Assembly (NCBI GenBank): GCA_963704705.1
Contig: OY969931.1
Span: 330,001 to 362,000, forward strand
Direction of reading: 5' to 3'
Origin: an uncultured bacterium
GTDB taxonomy: Bacteria; Patescibacteriota; Gracilibacteria; UBA1369; PNNO01
Length of the DNA: 32,000 nt
Part shown: positions 19,612 through 27,097 of the stretch, piece by piece
How the letters are laid out: each line of letters starts with the position of its first letter
Numbering within the stretch: position 1 is the first letter of the stretch
Made by a program: the position numbers and the translations under genes
Notes under the pieces: generated by a model
Database searches by the model: none
What the model was told of the DNA's origin: nothing
The model's input: the letters and a program-made list of their open reading frames with translations, nothing else

Positions 19612-20493
19612 ATGAATTATCTTAAAAAAGCCATTTCACTGCTTACTGTATTATCGCTTGCACTAGTTGTAACTGTTAATACTGCACAGGCAGATTCAGA
19701 CAATCCTTTATATGCTGTTAATAACGACGGCACATTCGGAATGGGAGTTGATGTCTTCCGTGATGTTTGTGAAGTAACCGGCGGTGTATGGGATGTAGTT
19801 GACGGACGTCATGTTTGTTACTGCTGGGAAGGAGAATTTAATTATCCTTATGGATGTCCGGGAGATATTAGCAATAACGATAATTACGACAATAATTATG
19901 ACAATAATTACGACAATAATTATTATGACCATAACCAAAGAAATCCATTTTGGGATTTAGCAGGAAACCCTGATGAATATTATGTACTTGAACTTTATGA
20001 TTTAGGAATTTTGCAGGGATATCCTGATGGGTCATTCAGACCGGATCAGCCTGTTACAAGAGCTGAAATGACAAAAATGGTTCTAATGGCGTCAAAATTA
20101 AGCCCATTACCTTGTGATGAAGACAGAAATCAGTTCTTTGCTGACCTTGATAACTGGCAGGCTCCATGGGTAAACGCAGCATACAGAATGGATATTGCTG
20201 AAGGTTATTCAGGATATAACAGCGGAGTAAGATTATTTAAACCAAATAACTTAGTAAATAGAGTTGAAGGTGTAAAATTAGTACTTGCATCTTTTGGCCG
20301 CAGACCATTGGATTTCGAAAAAACATCATTTACGGATGCAGTAGAATGGATGGTCCCTTGGCTTGAAGACGCGTATAGGATCGGATTAATCGATCACGAC
20401 TACAACGGTAGATTCTACCCTGCAGAGCCAATGACAAGAGGCGTTGCAGCAAGAGTAATTGTTAAAATGCTACAATACTCCGGAGATATCTAG
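19612..20493 (+). CDS. Secreted SLH-domain protein with Asp/Asn/Tyr low-complexity linker
   Basis: Signal peptide MNYLKKAISLLTVLSLALVVTVNTAQA. SLH repeats (YYVLELYDLGILQGYPDGSFRPDQPVTRAEMTKMVLM ...). The ORF track starts at 19567, but the 19612 ATG gives a cleaner signal peptide. Confidence 0.85.
   Translation: MNYLKKAISLLTVLSLALVVTVNTAQADSDNPLYAVNNDGTFGMGVDVFRDVCEVTGGVWDVVDGRHVCYCWEGEFNYPYGCPGDISNNDNYDNNYDNNYDNNYYDHNQRNPFWDLAGNPDEYYVLELYDLGILQGYPDGSFRPDQPVTRAEMTKMVLMASKLSPLPCDEDRNQFFADLDNWQAPWVNAAYRMDIAEGYSGYNSGVRLFKPNNLVNRVEGVKLVLASFGRRPLDFEKTSFTDAVEWMVPWLEDAYRIGLIDHDYNGRFYPAEPMTRGVAARVIVKMLQYSGDI
19878..19935 (+). repeat. In-frame 12-bp tandem repeat (GACAATAATTAY), about 4 copies
   Basis: gataattacgacaataattatgacaataattacgacaataattattatgac encodes NYDNNYDNNYDNNYYD. 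Confidence 0.9.
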
Positions 20494-20558
20494 CCAATTT
20501 ATTTTATAAGTTCCTCCCTTTAAGGTAAAATGAGACATGGCAATTAACAAGTAAAGCC

Positions 20559-21566
20559 ATGTCTCTTTTTAAAAGGCTATCTATAGTGACATTAATTTCA
20601 GGCATTGTTTTTGTGCAAAGTGTTTCAGCGGAGTTTGTCACAGAATTTAGGGTAACGACTTTAACGGATAAAACAAATTATAATTTAGATGATACGGTTA
20701 CAATAACAATGCAGGCCGAGAATCATACTAACGAAGATATAACTTTAAATTTTTCTTCAGGATGCCAGATGGGGCTTGAAGTTTTCTTAAATGATCAACT
20801 TGTTTATAACGAAGAAATGTATCCGAGAAACTGCAGCGATTCAGCAACTTCAATAAGCCTCCCAAAAGATAAAAAAGCTGTTTGGTCAAGATCGCTAAAA
20901 ATTGATGATAAAGGCTATCCTTTCACAGAAAACGGTAGATATAAAATTCATGCTTATATTATGGATCATGAAAAAGAAGATTGGTATGCGCAATCTACGT
21001 CTTATGTGAATATTGTATTCGGTGAAGAATTTTTAAATGTATTTAACGATATTTATGATCATTGGGCCAAAACATATATTGAAAAATTATATGATCAGGG
21101 AGTGATTCAGGGTTATGAAGACGGCGGATTTCATCCGGACGCACCAATAAACAGAGCCGAATTGGTACAAATGGCTTTGGGTGCAGCCCAAATTCAGTTA
21201 AGCGATACTGTTAATGATGAAAATTTTAAATTTGAAGATTTGGATGATTGGCAGGTTCCTGCGGTTTATGAAGCGTGGAAAAGGGGAATAGTACAAGGGT
21301 ACAGTGAAACTTCTTTTGCTCCTGCTCAAAATATTACCAGGGCTGAAGCTCTTAAGGTTGCTTTACTTGCTTTTGGTGCTGATATACCGCAAAATTCAGA
21401 TGAATATGCTTTCGAAGATACTAAAGATCATTGGGCTTCTGATTATATAAATTATGCTTATTTGAATTTTATTGTTGCTGGCAGGTCTGATGGACTTTTT
21501 TATCCCGACGATCCGATTACGCGAGCTGAAGCAGCAAAAATTATCAGTAAATTAATAGAATTATAA
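20559..21566 (+). CDS. Secreted protein: N-terminal BsuPI-like beta domain plus C-terminal SLH repeats
   Basis: N-terminal FRVTTLTDKTNYNLDDTVTITMQAENHTNEDITLNFSSGCQMGLEVFLNDQLVY...KAVWSRSLKIDDKG... and C-terminal YDHWAKTYIEKLYDQGVIQGYEDGGFHPDAPINRAELVQMAL etc. Confidence 0.82.
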   Translation: MSLFKRLSIVTLISGIVFVQSVSAEFVTEFRVTTLTDKTNYNLDDTVTITMQAENHTNEDITLNFSSGCQMGLEVFLNDQLVYNEEMYPRNCSDSATSISLPKDKKAVWSRSLKIDDKGYPFTENGRYKIHAYIMDHEKEDWYAQSTSYVNIVFGEEFLNVFNDIYDHWAKTYIEKLYDQGVIQGYEDGGFHPDAPINRAELVQMALGAAQIQLSDTVNDENFKFEDLDDWQVPAVYEAWKRGIVQGYSETSFAPAQNITRAEALKVALLAFGADIPQNSDEYAFEDTKDHWASDYINYAYLNFIVAGRSDGLFYPDDPITRAEAAKIISKLIEL

Positions 21567-21793
21567 AAGACAGAAAACCTTTAGAAATAGCGGTTTTTGC
21601 ATTAGGAGCCTTTTTACTCTCAGTATTTTTTGTATTCGGATCATATGTTAAAGATTTAAAAGTAAATGCAATTGAATCAGGCATTATTATTGAACCTGAC
21701 CGATATGTTGGAGCAATCGCGTATCAAGGTGACCTTGATAAAATACGCGAACTTAATGGTTCAATTACAATTGTTGAATCAAACGATAAACCT

Positions 21794-22957
21794 TTGGAAA
21801 CCGCACGTTCATATGATGGTTTTGTTGTAGCTTTAATTAAAGATTCCCGAAACGACCATATTTTTGATGAAATCAACAAACAGACTTTTGAAAGAGTAAT
21901 AAGGAATTTTGAATTTGAGAGAGTAAAGTATTTGGCGCTTACAAATCCTAATGAAATAAAAACAGCATTATATTATTTTGATTCGATTGGAGCACATAAA
22001 GTTGACTACAAAGATGGTGTTTATTATTTCAGTAAGGGCGAATCTGATTATAAAGGACCAATTACAATTGTTGCTTTTGGGGATGTCATGCTTGGCCGTT
22101 TTGTTAGAACATTAATGGATCAAAACGGAATGGATTATCCTTTTGCGAAAGCAGGAGACCTTAAAGGTGCTGACTTTGTACATGCCAATTTTGAAGGTCC
22201 GATTAAAGAAAATGAAGTTGCAACAAGTAAATCCATATCTTTCAGATTCAAACCCGATGTTATCTGGCCTTTAAAAGCTTCTGGTATAAATATTGTTAAT
22301 ATTGCGAATAATCATGCATTGGACCAGGGCTGGGGAGGCCGTGACGATACAAAAAGGTTTTTAAATGAAGCTGGAATAAGATTCTTTGGACAACCTAAAA
22401 ATGAAAAAGAAGACAATGTCTATATAGGTGAAGTTAATGGCAAGAAAATAGCGTTTATTGGATATGACGACACTATTTTTAAAGTAGATGAAAACAGTGC
22501 CCGTGAATTGATCAGCGGATTGGAAGATCAGGTAGATTTCACAATTGTTTCAATTCATTGGGGAGTTGAATATAAACATCAGCCGATTCAGAGAAAGGTT
22601 TATTTGGCTCATTTGTTTGCTGATAGCGGCGCAGACCTTGTGATTGGACATCATCCGCACGTTGTCCAGACAATGGAAATTTATAATGGAGTGCCGATAT
22701 TTTACAGCCTTGGAAATTTTGTTTTTGATCAGTATTGGTCTCTTGATACTCAGGAAGGGCTAGGAATAGGTGCAGAGCTTTTTGATAATAAAATTGTTCT
22801 ATATCTTTATCCTTATAAATTGCCTCAAAGCCAGCCTCAGTTCATTGAAGGAGATGAAAAAGCAGCTTTTCTGGAAAAATTTATTAGTTGGGGAAACTAT
22901 AGCGATGAACTGGCTGCACAAATAAGAGCCGCTAAAGTTGAGATTCCGATCAATTAA
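21794..22957 (+). CDS. CapA family (poly-gamma-glutamate capsule biosynthesis-type) metallophosphatase-like protein; true start probably upstream
   Basis: ITIVAFGDVMLGRFV, GANFEGPI-type HANFEGPIKENE, NIANNHALDQGWGG, VSIHWGVEYKHQP and DLVIGHHPHVVQTMEIYNGVPIFYSLGNFVFD. The track uses a TTG start; the frame stays open back to 21551. Confidence 0.88.
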   Translation: METARSYDGFVVALIKDSRNDHIFDEINKQTFERVIRNFEFERVKYLALTNPNEIKTALYYFDSIGAHKVDYKDGVYYFSKGESDYKGPITIVAFGDVMLGRFVRTLMDQNGMDYPFAKAGDLKGADFVHANFEGPIKENEVATSKSISFRFKPDVIWPLKASGINIVNIANNHALDQGWGGRDDTKRFLNEAGIRFFGQPKNEKEDNVYIGEVNGKKIAFIGYDDTIFKVDENSARELISGLEDQVDFTIVSIHWGVEYKHQPIQRKVYLAHLFADSGADLVIGHHPHVVQTMEIYNGVPIFYSLGNFVFDQYWSLDTQEGLGIGAELFDNKIVLYLYPYKLPQSQPQFIEGDEKAAFLEKFISWGNYSDELAAQIRAAKVEIPIN

Positions 22958-22996
22958 TGGTATAATATACTAATGTATAAATTAAACCATTAATAT

Positions 22997-24409
22997 ATGA
23001 AACTTGAGTTTATTGGTGCTGCCAAGGAAGTTACGGGTTCAAAGCACCTTTTGCACGTGAATGGCAAGAAAATACTTTTAGATTGCGGAATGTTCCAGGG
23101 TAAACGTAAAGAAGCCTACGATAAGAACATGAATTTCCCTTTTAATCCTTCTGAAATTGACGCTGTTATACTTTCTCATGCGCATATAGACCATAGCGGA
23201 CTTTTGCCATTATTATGTAAACAAGGATTTAAAGGACCTATTTATTCAACATTTGCCACACGCGATTTATGCCATTATATGCTTATGGACAGTGCTTATA
23301 TACAAGAACGTGAAGCGGAATATCTAAATAAGAAAAAGGAAAAACACGGCGAAGAACCAATTGAACCAATATATACAACAGATGATGCTGAACAGGCATT
23401 AAGTCAGTTTATTGGTATGGGTTATGAGCGTACTTTCACTGTTGAAGACGCTTTGGCAGCTTGTTTTTATGATGCAGGTCATATCTTGGGTTCGTCAGTT
23501 GTACATATAATTGTTTATGAAAAAGATATAGATAAAAGAACTACATTAGGCTTTACAGGTGACCTTGGTCGTAAGAATATCCCACTTTTAAGAGATCCGC
23601 AGCCAATGCCGCCATCTGAATTTTTTATTACGGAAACAACATACGGAAATCGTTTACATGAAGCTTTTGATCAGTTGGATGCACAGCTTATTGATATAGT
23701 TAATAACACTTATAAAAAAGGCGGAAAGCTGATAATTCCCGCTTTCTCGGTTGGCAGAACACAGGAAGTTGTGTACAGACTTAATGTAGCAGTTAAAGAC
23801 AAGCTTATTCCTGAATTCCCGATTTTTGTGGATAGTCCTTTGTCAGGTAATATTACAGAAGTTTTCTCGGCACATCCTGAATGTTTTGACCGTGAGGTAT
23901 ACCGTGAATTTATTGATAACCGCTTAAATCCGTTTGGATTTGGAAAAGTAAAGTATATTACAGATGTTGCTGAATCAAAAAAACTTAATACATATGACAA
24001 ACCATGTATTATTATTTCAGCTTCAGGAATGTGTGAGTTCGGACGAATTCTTCATCATTTGAAAAATAATATAGAAGACCCGCGAAATACTGTATTGCTT
24101 GTTGGATATCAGGCTGAAAATACTTTGGGCCGAAAAATTCAGGATGGAATGAAAATTGTAAATATTTTTGGAGAACCTTATGATGTGAAATGTGATGTTC
24201 ATAAAATAGATGCTTTCTCAGCGCATGCTGATCGAAGCGATTTGATTGACTACGTGAGTCATATTAAAGGAATTAAACAAATATTCCTTGTACATGGCGA
24301 AATCGATTCGCTTAATGCATTTCAAAATGTTCTTCACGAGAATGGCTATGACAACGCAATGATTCCTTCTCCAGGAGATATTGTCGATTTGACTGACAGT
24401 AAGCTTTAA
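22997..24409 (+). CDS. MBL-fold / beta-CASP RNA-processing exonuclease
   Basis: VILSHAHIDHSGLLPLL, ETTYGNRLH, IPAFSVGRTQEVVY, DSPLSGNITEVF, IIISASGMCEFGRILHHLKN and FSAHADRSDL. Confidence 0.93.
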   Translation: MKLEFIGAAKEVTGSKHLLHVNGKKILLDCGMFQGKRKEAYDKNMNFPFNPSEIDAVILSHAHIDHSGLLPLLCKQGFKGPIYSTFATRDLCHYMLMDSAYIQEREAEYLNKKKEKHGEEPIEPIYTTDDAEQALSQFIGMGYERTFTVEDALAACFYDAGHILGSSVVHIIVYEKDIDKRTTLGFTGDLGRKNIPLLRDPQPMPPSEFFITETTYGNRLHEAFDQLDAQLIDIVNNTYKKGGKLIIPAFSVGRTQEVVYRLNVAVKDKLIPEFPIFVDSPLSGNITEVFSAHPECFDREVYREFIDNRLNPFGFGKVKYITDVAESKKLNTYDKPCIIISASGMCEFGRILHHLKNNIEDPRNTVLLVGYQAENTLGRKIQDGMKIVNIFGEPYDVKCDVHKIDAFSAHADRSDLIDYVSHIKGIKQIFLVHGEIDSLNAFQNVLHENGYDNAMIPSPGDIVDLTDSKL

Positions 24410-24494
24410 AGCTTAGTTGTATGCAATTAATATTGATATTTATTCTAAGTTCGATATAATGCTTTTTGCACTTCCAGTATTGATATTTGAATGT

Positions 24495-24569
24495 GCGGGT
24501 ATAGTATAATGGCTATTATGTTGGCCTTCCAAGCCGAAGATACGGGTTCGATCCCCGTTACCCGCTCCA
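24495..24569 (+). tRNA. tRNA-Gly, anticodon TCC, with encoded CCA
   Basis: GCGGGTATAGTATAATGGCTATTATGTTGGCCTTCCAAGCCGAAGATACGGGTTCGATCCCCGTTACCCGCTCCA: 7-bp acceptor GCGGGTA/TACCCGC, anticodon arm TTGGC-CTTCCAA-GCCGA, T arm ACGGG-TTCGATC-CCCGT. Confidence 0.97.
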
Positions 24570-24572
24570 AAC

Positions 24573-24603
24573 AAAAATGACAAGCCTAGCGCTTGGCATT
24601 TTT
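24573..24603 (+). terminator. Terminator hairpin just downstream of tRNA-Gly
   Basis: AAAAATGaCAAGC-CTAGC-GCTTGgCATTTTT: about 12 paired bases around one mismatch, ending in T5. Confidence 0.8.
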
Positions 24604-24715
24604 CGTTTTGGTGTGGGGAAAGGTTGGAGCGCAGCCGTAGGGTTGCCTTAAGCATGCGTACGAACGAAGTGAGTCGGATGATTAAGGACAGCGAAGTGAA
24701 CGAAGTGAGCGTAGA

Positions 24716-24737
24716 TCGATCCCCGTTACCCGCTCCA
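24716..24737 (+). repeat. Exact 22-nt direct duplication of the tRNA-Gly 3' end
   Basis: TCGATCCCCGTTACCCGCTCCA occurs at 24548-24569 (inside the tRNA) and at 24716-24737. Confidence 0.95.
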
Positions 24738-24892
24738 TTAGGTTCGAACCAAGAATAGCCCTTTCTGTAGAGGAAAAGGGTTGTTATGTGTGTGAGTGGG
24801 GTTTAAATAAAGTGAATAAGACATTGTGTATTTATTTCAAAATTTGATTGAACGGAAAATTAAGTTATAATTTAATAAATTAAATATTTATC

Positions 24893-25408
24893 ATGGTAGA
24901 AATTAATGGAAATGAATTTGAACAATTATCTGATGAAGAGGTTAACGCTCTATGGGATGAAACTTTTCCAGTTACAGAGGTGCCAACTGATCTTACAAAT
25001 GAGAATAAAAGGGCGGCTTTAGAAGATATTGGATTTAAAGGATTTGAAATAAGCCAGCTCTCTGATAAGCAGGTCGACTATGTATGGGAAAAGTATCATG
25101 CATCTAGAAAAGTACCAACTGACTTCACAATCGAAATGAAAAGGGCGGTTTTGGAAATTAGAAGGCATCAAATAGCTCAAATATCTGATGCAGATATTGA
25201 TATTCTGTGGAAAAAGACTGTTTCAGATATAGAAGTAACAGCTTCAATAAAGGATATAAGAAGAATGATTTTAGAAAGAATTCAGAGTAATCCAAAACTA
25301 CTAGTCAGTGCAAAGGGACTTGTTAAAAGTAGCGAAGCATTAAGAAAGCATCACGAAGATTTTCGTAGACGAGAATTGTTAATGAGAGAGTGGGGAACTT
25401 TGGATTAA
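24893..25408 (+). CDS. Hypothetical helical-repeat protein (171 aa, three degenerate ~40-aa units)
   Basis: Repeated pattern QLSDEEVNALWDE...VPTDLTNENKRAALEDI / QLSDKQVDYVWEK...VPTDFTIEMKRAVLEI / QISDADIDILWKK...VTASIKDIRRMILERI. Confidence 0.7.
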   Translation: MVEINGNEFEQLSDEEVNALWDETFPVTEVPTDLTNENKRAALEDIGFKGFEISQLSDKQVDYVWEKYHASRKVPTDFTIEMKRAVLEIRRHQIAQISDADIDILWKKTVSDIEVTASIKDIRRMILERIQSNPKLLVSAKGLVKSSEALRKHHEDFRRRELLMREWGTLD

Positions 25409-25427
25409 AAAAGTTCTAACATCGTTG
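25407..25427 (+). repeat. Copy 1 of 21-nt repeat AAAAAAGTTCTAACAYYGTTG-like
   Basis: AAAAAAGTTCTAACATCGTTG; second copy at 27021-27041 differs at one base. Confidence 0.85.
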
Positions 25428-25440
25428 CAGGTGGAGCTCC

Positions 25441-25479
25441 ATAAAAAACGACTGGCCTTAGGGTCAGACGGTTTTTTAT
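25441..25479. terminator. Bidirectional terminator-like hairpin downstream of the repeat protein gene
   Basis: ATAAAAAACgACTGGCC-TTAG-GGTCAGACGGTTTTTTAT: long imperfect stem with A-tract and T-tract flanks. Confidence 0.7.
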
Positions 25480-25555
25480 TAGACGTTAGAAATGGTTCCC
25501 GTTGCTTGATAGCGCGGCGAATGAAATGAGCCGGACTAACAAGTACGCTTTAGTG

Positions 25556-25566
25556 TACCCGCTCCA
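25556..25566 (+). repeat. Partial (11-nt) copy of tRNA-Gly 3' terminus
   Basis: TACCCGCTCCA matches the last 11 nt of tRNA-Gly including CCA. Confidence 0.6.
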
Positions 25567-25646
25567 AGCTTTTCACTTAATAACCCCTTGAAGAATATTG
25601 ATTATATCTTTATAGTGATTTTTGGTATTATTTAACCTAATTTATC

Positions 25647-26639
25647 ATGAGAAGTGTTATCAGAGCGGCACTGATTCTTGCGTGCTTGTTTGCTGTGGCA
25701 CCATTGGTGTTTGCTGATATAGCAATACCTACCACTACTACTGTTTATTTCCAAATGAACGGACAGTCCTATGAAAAGCCTGTAGATTATACGGTGAATT
25801 GTTACGGTTATAATTATTCGCCTGACTCAATGGAAGCTCCTGCAGATTATGATCCAGCAAATCCGGATCTAGTTTATACATATCAGGCTTCTTGTCCTGA
25901 ATATGGCTGCGAAATAGATGAAGGATATTATTTGAATTATCGTCACATTGACTCTTGTGATGTTGAAGGGGAAACCGACGGAATGGTTTTTAAAATTGAG
26001 AATTATGCAACCACTCCATTACCTGAAGATTGTGAAGGTGACGGACTTGGAAGAACCTGTACCCAAACTTTTGACATTCCTGAATTAACCGAGCCTGAAC
26101 CTGTTTTTACTGATGTAGATTCTGGTAATAAATATGTTGAAGCCATCGGGTATGTGAAAGACGCAGGTATTGTTGAAGGATACGAAGACGGAAGTTATAA
26201 ACCTGATAGTGATATAACAAGAGCTGAATTTACAAAGATTATTATTGAATCAGCATATTCTGATACTGAAATTCAAGACTGTGTCCCTACAAAGGTTTAC
26301 CCTGATATCCCAACTGATGAATGGTATGAAAAATATGTATGTGTTGCCACCAACAATGGTATTATTGAAGGCTATCCGGACGGTGAATTTAAAGGTATAA
26401 ATAAAATAAATTTTGTTGAAGCAGCTAAAATTATTTCTCTTGGATTTAATTTTGAAGTTGGGTCGGCTATGTCTGGAGAGCAGTGGTATGTGCCATACGT
26501 TGAACTTCTTCAGTCAAAAAATGCAATTCCTGCAGATATAGATGCTGTGGATCATGACGTAACAAGAGGAGAAATGGCTGAAATGATTTATCGCCTTAAA
26601 GAGGAGATAACTAATAAACCCTCATCTCAATTACTTTAA
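25647..26639 (+). CDS. Secreted SLH-domain protein
   Basis: Signal peptide MRSVIRAALILACLFAVAPLVFA. SLH repeats FTDVDSGNKYVEAIGYVKDAGIVEGYEDGSYKPDSDITRAEFTKII and YPDIPTDEWYEKYVCVATNNGIIEGYPDGEFKG. Confidence 0.87.
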   Translation: MRSVIRAALILACLFAVAPLVFADIAIPTTTTVYFQMNGQSYEKPVDYTVNCYGYNYSPDSMEAPADYDPANPDLVYTYQASCPEYGCEIDEGYYLNYRHIDSCDVEGETDGMVFKIENYATTPLPEDCEGDGLGRTCTQTFDIPELTEPEPVFTDVDSGNKYVEAIGYVKDAGIVEGYEDGSYKPDSDITRAEFTKIIIESAYSDTEIQDCVPTKVYPDIPTDEWYEKYVCVATNNGIIEGYPDGEFKGINKINFVEAAKIISLGFNFEVGSAMSGEQWYVPYVELLQSKNAIPADIDAVDHDVTRGEMAEMIYRLKEEITNKPSSQLL

Positions 26640-26648
26640 AAAAGCAAT

Positions 26649-27002
26649 ATGATTTATGAGACAAAGTTCTTAATATCACTTGCTCTTACTCTCATAATCG
26701 AAGTACCTCTCGTAGTCTTGATGGTTAAATATATAATCAAACTACGGGAGGTTTCTTTATGGAAAATAATTTTTGTAGCTTTTCTTGCTTCCGCGACCAC
26801 GCTGCCATATTTATGGTTTGTTATCCCACCTTATGTAGATGCCAGATTTTATATTTTATATGGTGAAATATTTGTGGTTGTGACCGAGGCATTTATCTAT
26901 AATCAGCTGCTAAAATTAAATATTATAAAAGCACTTCTTCTTTCAATAACCGTTAATTTAATTTCGTATTATTTAGGGAGACTAATTCTTGGATTATTTT
27001 AA
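26649..27002 (+). CDS. Small multi-TM membrane protein (117 aa)
   Basis: ATG ORF 9 nt after the SLH gene; about 3-4 hydrophobic segments; no recognised family. Confidence 0.6.
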   Translation: MIYETKFLISLALTLIIEVPLVVLMVKYIIKLREVSLWKIIFVAFLASATTLPYLWFVIPPYVDARFYILYGEIFVVVTEAFIYNQLLKLNIIKALLLSITVNLISYYLGRLILGLF

Positions 27003-27020
27003 CTGGGATTATTATTAGCG

Positions 27021-27041
27021 AAAAAAGTTCTAACATTGTTG
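27021..27041 (+). repeat. Copy 2 of the 21-nt repeat
   Basis: AAAAAAGTTCTAACATTGTTG, 20 of 21 identical to 25407-25427. Confidence 0.85.
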
Positions 27042-27086
27042 TTTAAGCATGCGGTGAATGCGCAGCATGAACCGGAGTAGCAATTT

Positions 27087-27096
27087 CCCCGCTCCA
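27087..27096 (+). repeat. Partial copy of tRNA-Gly 3' terminus
   Basis: CCCCGCTCCA; the last 9 nt match the tRNA 3' end (CCCGCTCCA). Confidence 0.45.
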
Positions 27097-27097
27097 T

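Noticed and set aside
19878-19935. CRISPR-like array
   Set aside because: It is a 12-bp in-frame tandem repeat without spacers, inside an SLH protein linker.
24440-24655. Track ORF on minus strand (71 aa) across tRNA-Gly
   Set aside because: It is antisense to a well-formed tRNA and its terminator; a known type of false ORF.
24570-24740. tmRNA or second tRNA
   Set aside because: The CCGTTACCCGCTCCA end is present, but there is no matching acceptor 5' strand, anticodon arm or tag reading frame; better explained as a 3'-end duplication.
25413-25490. Integron attC site
   Set aside because: TTCTAAC...GTTAGAA loosely resembles attC arms, but the second copy lacks the inverted partner and no IntI-like integrase is visible. 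Kept only as part of the repeat finding.
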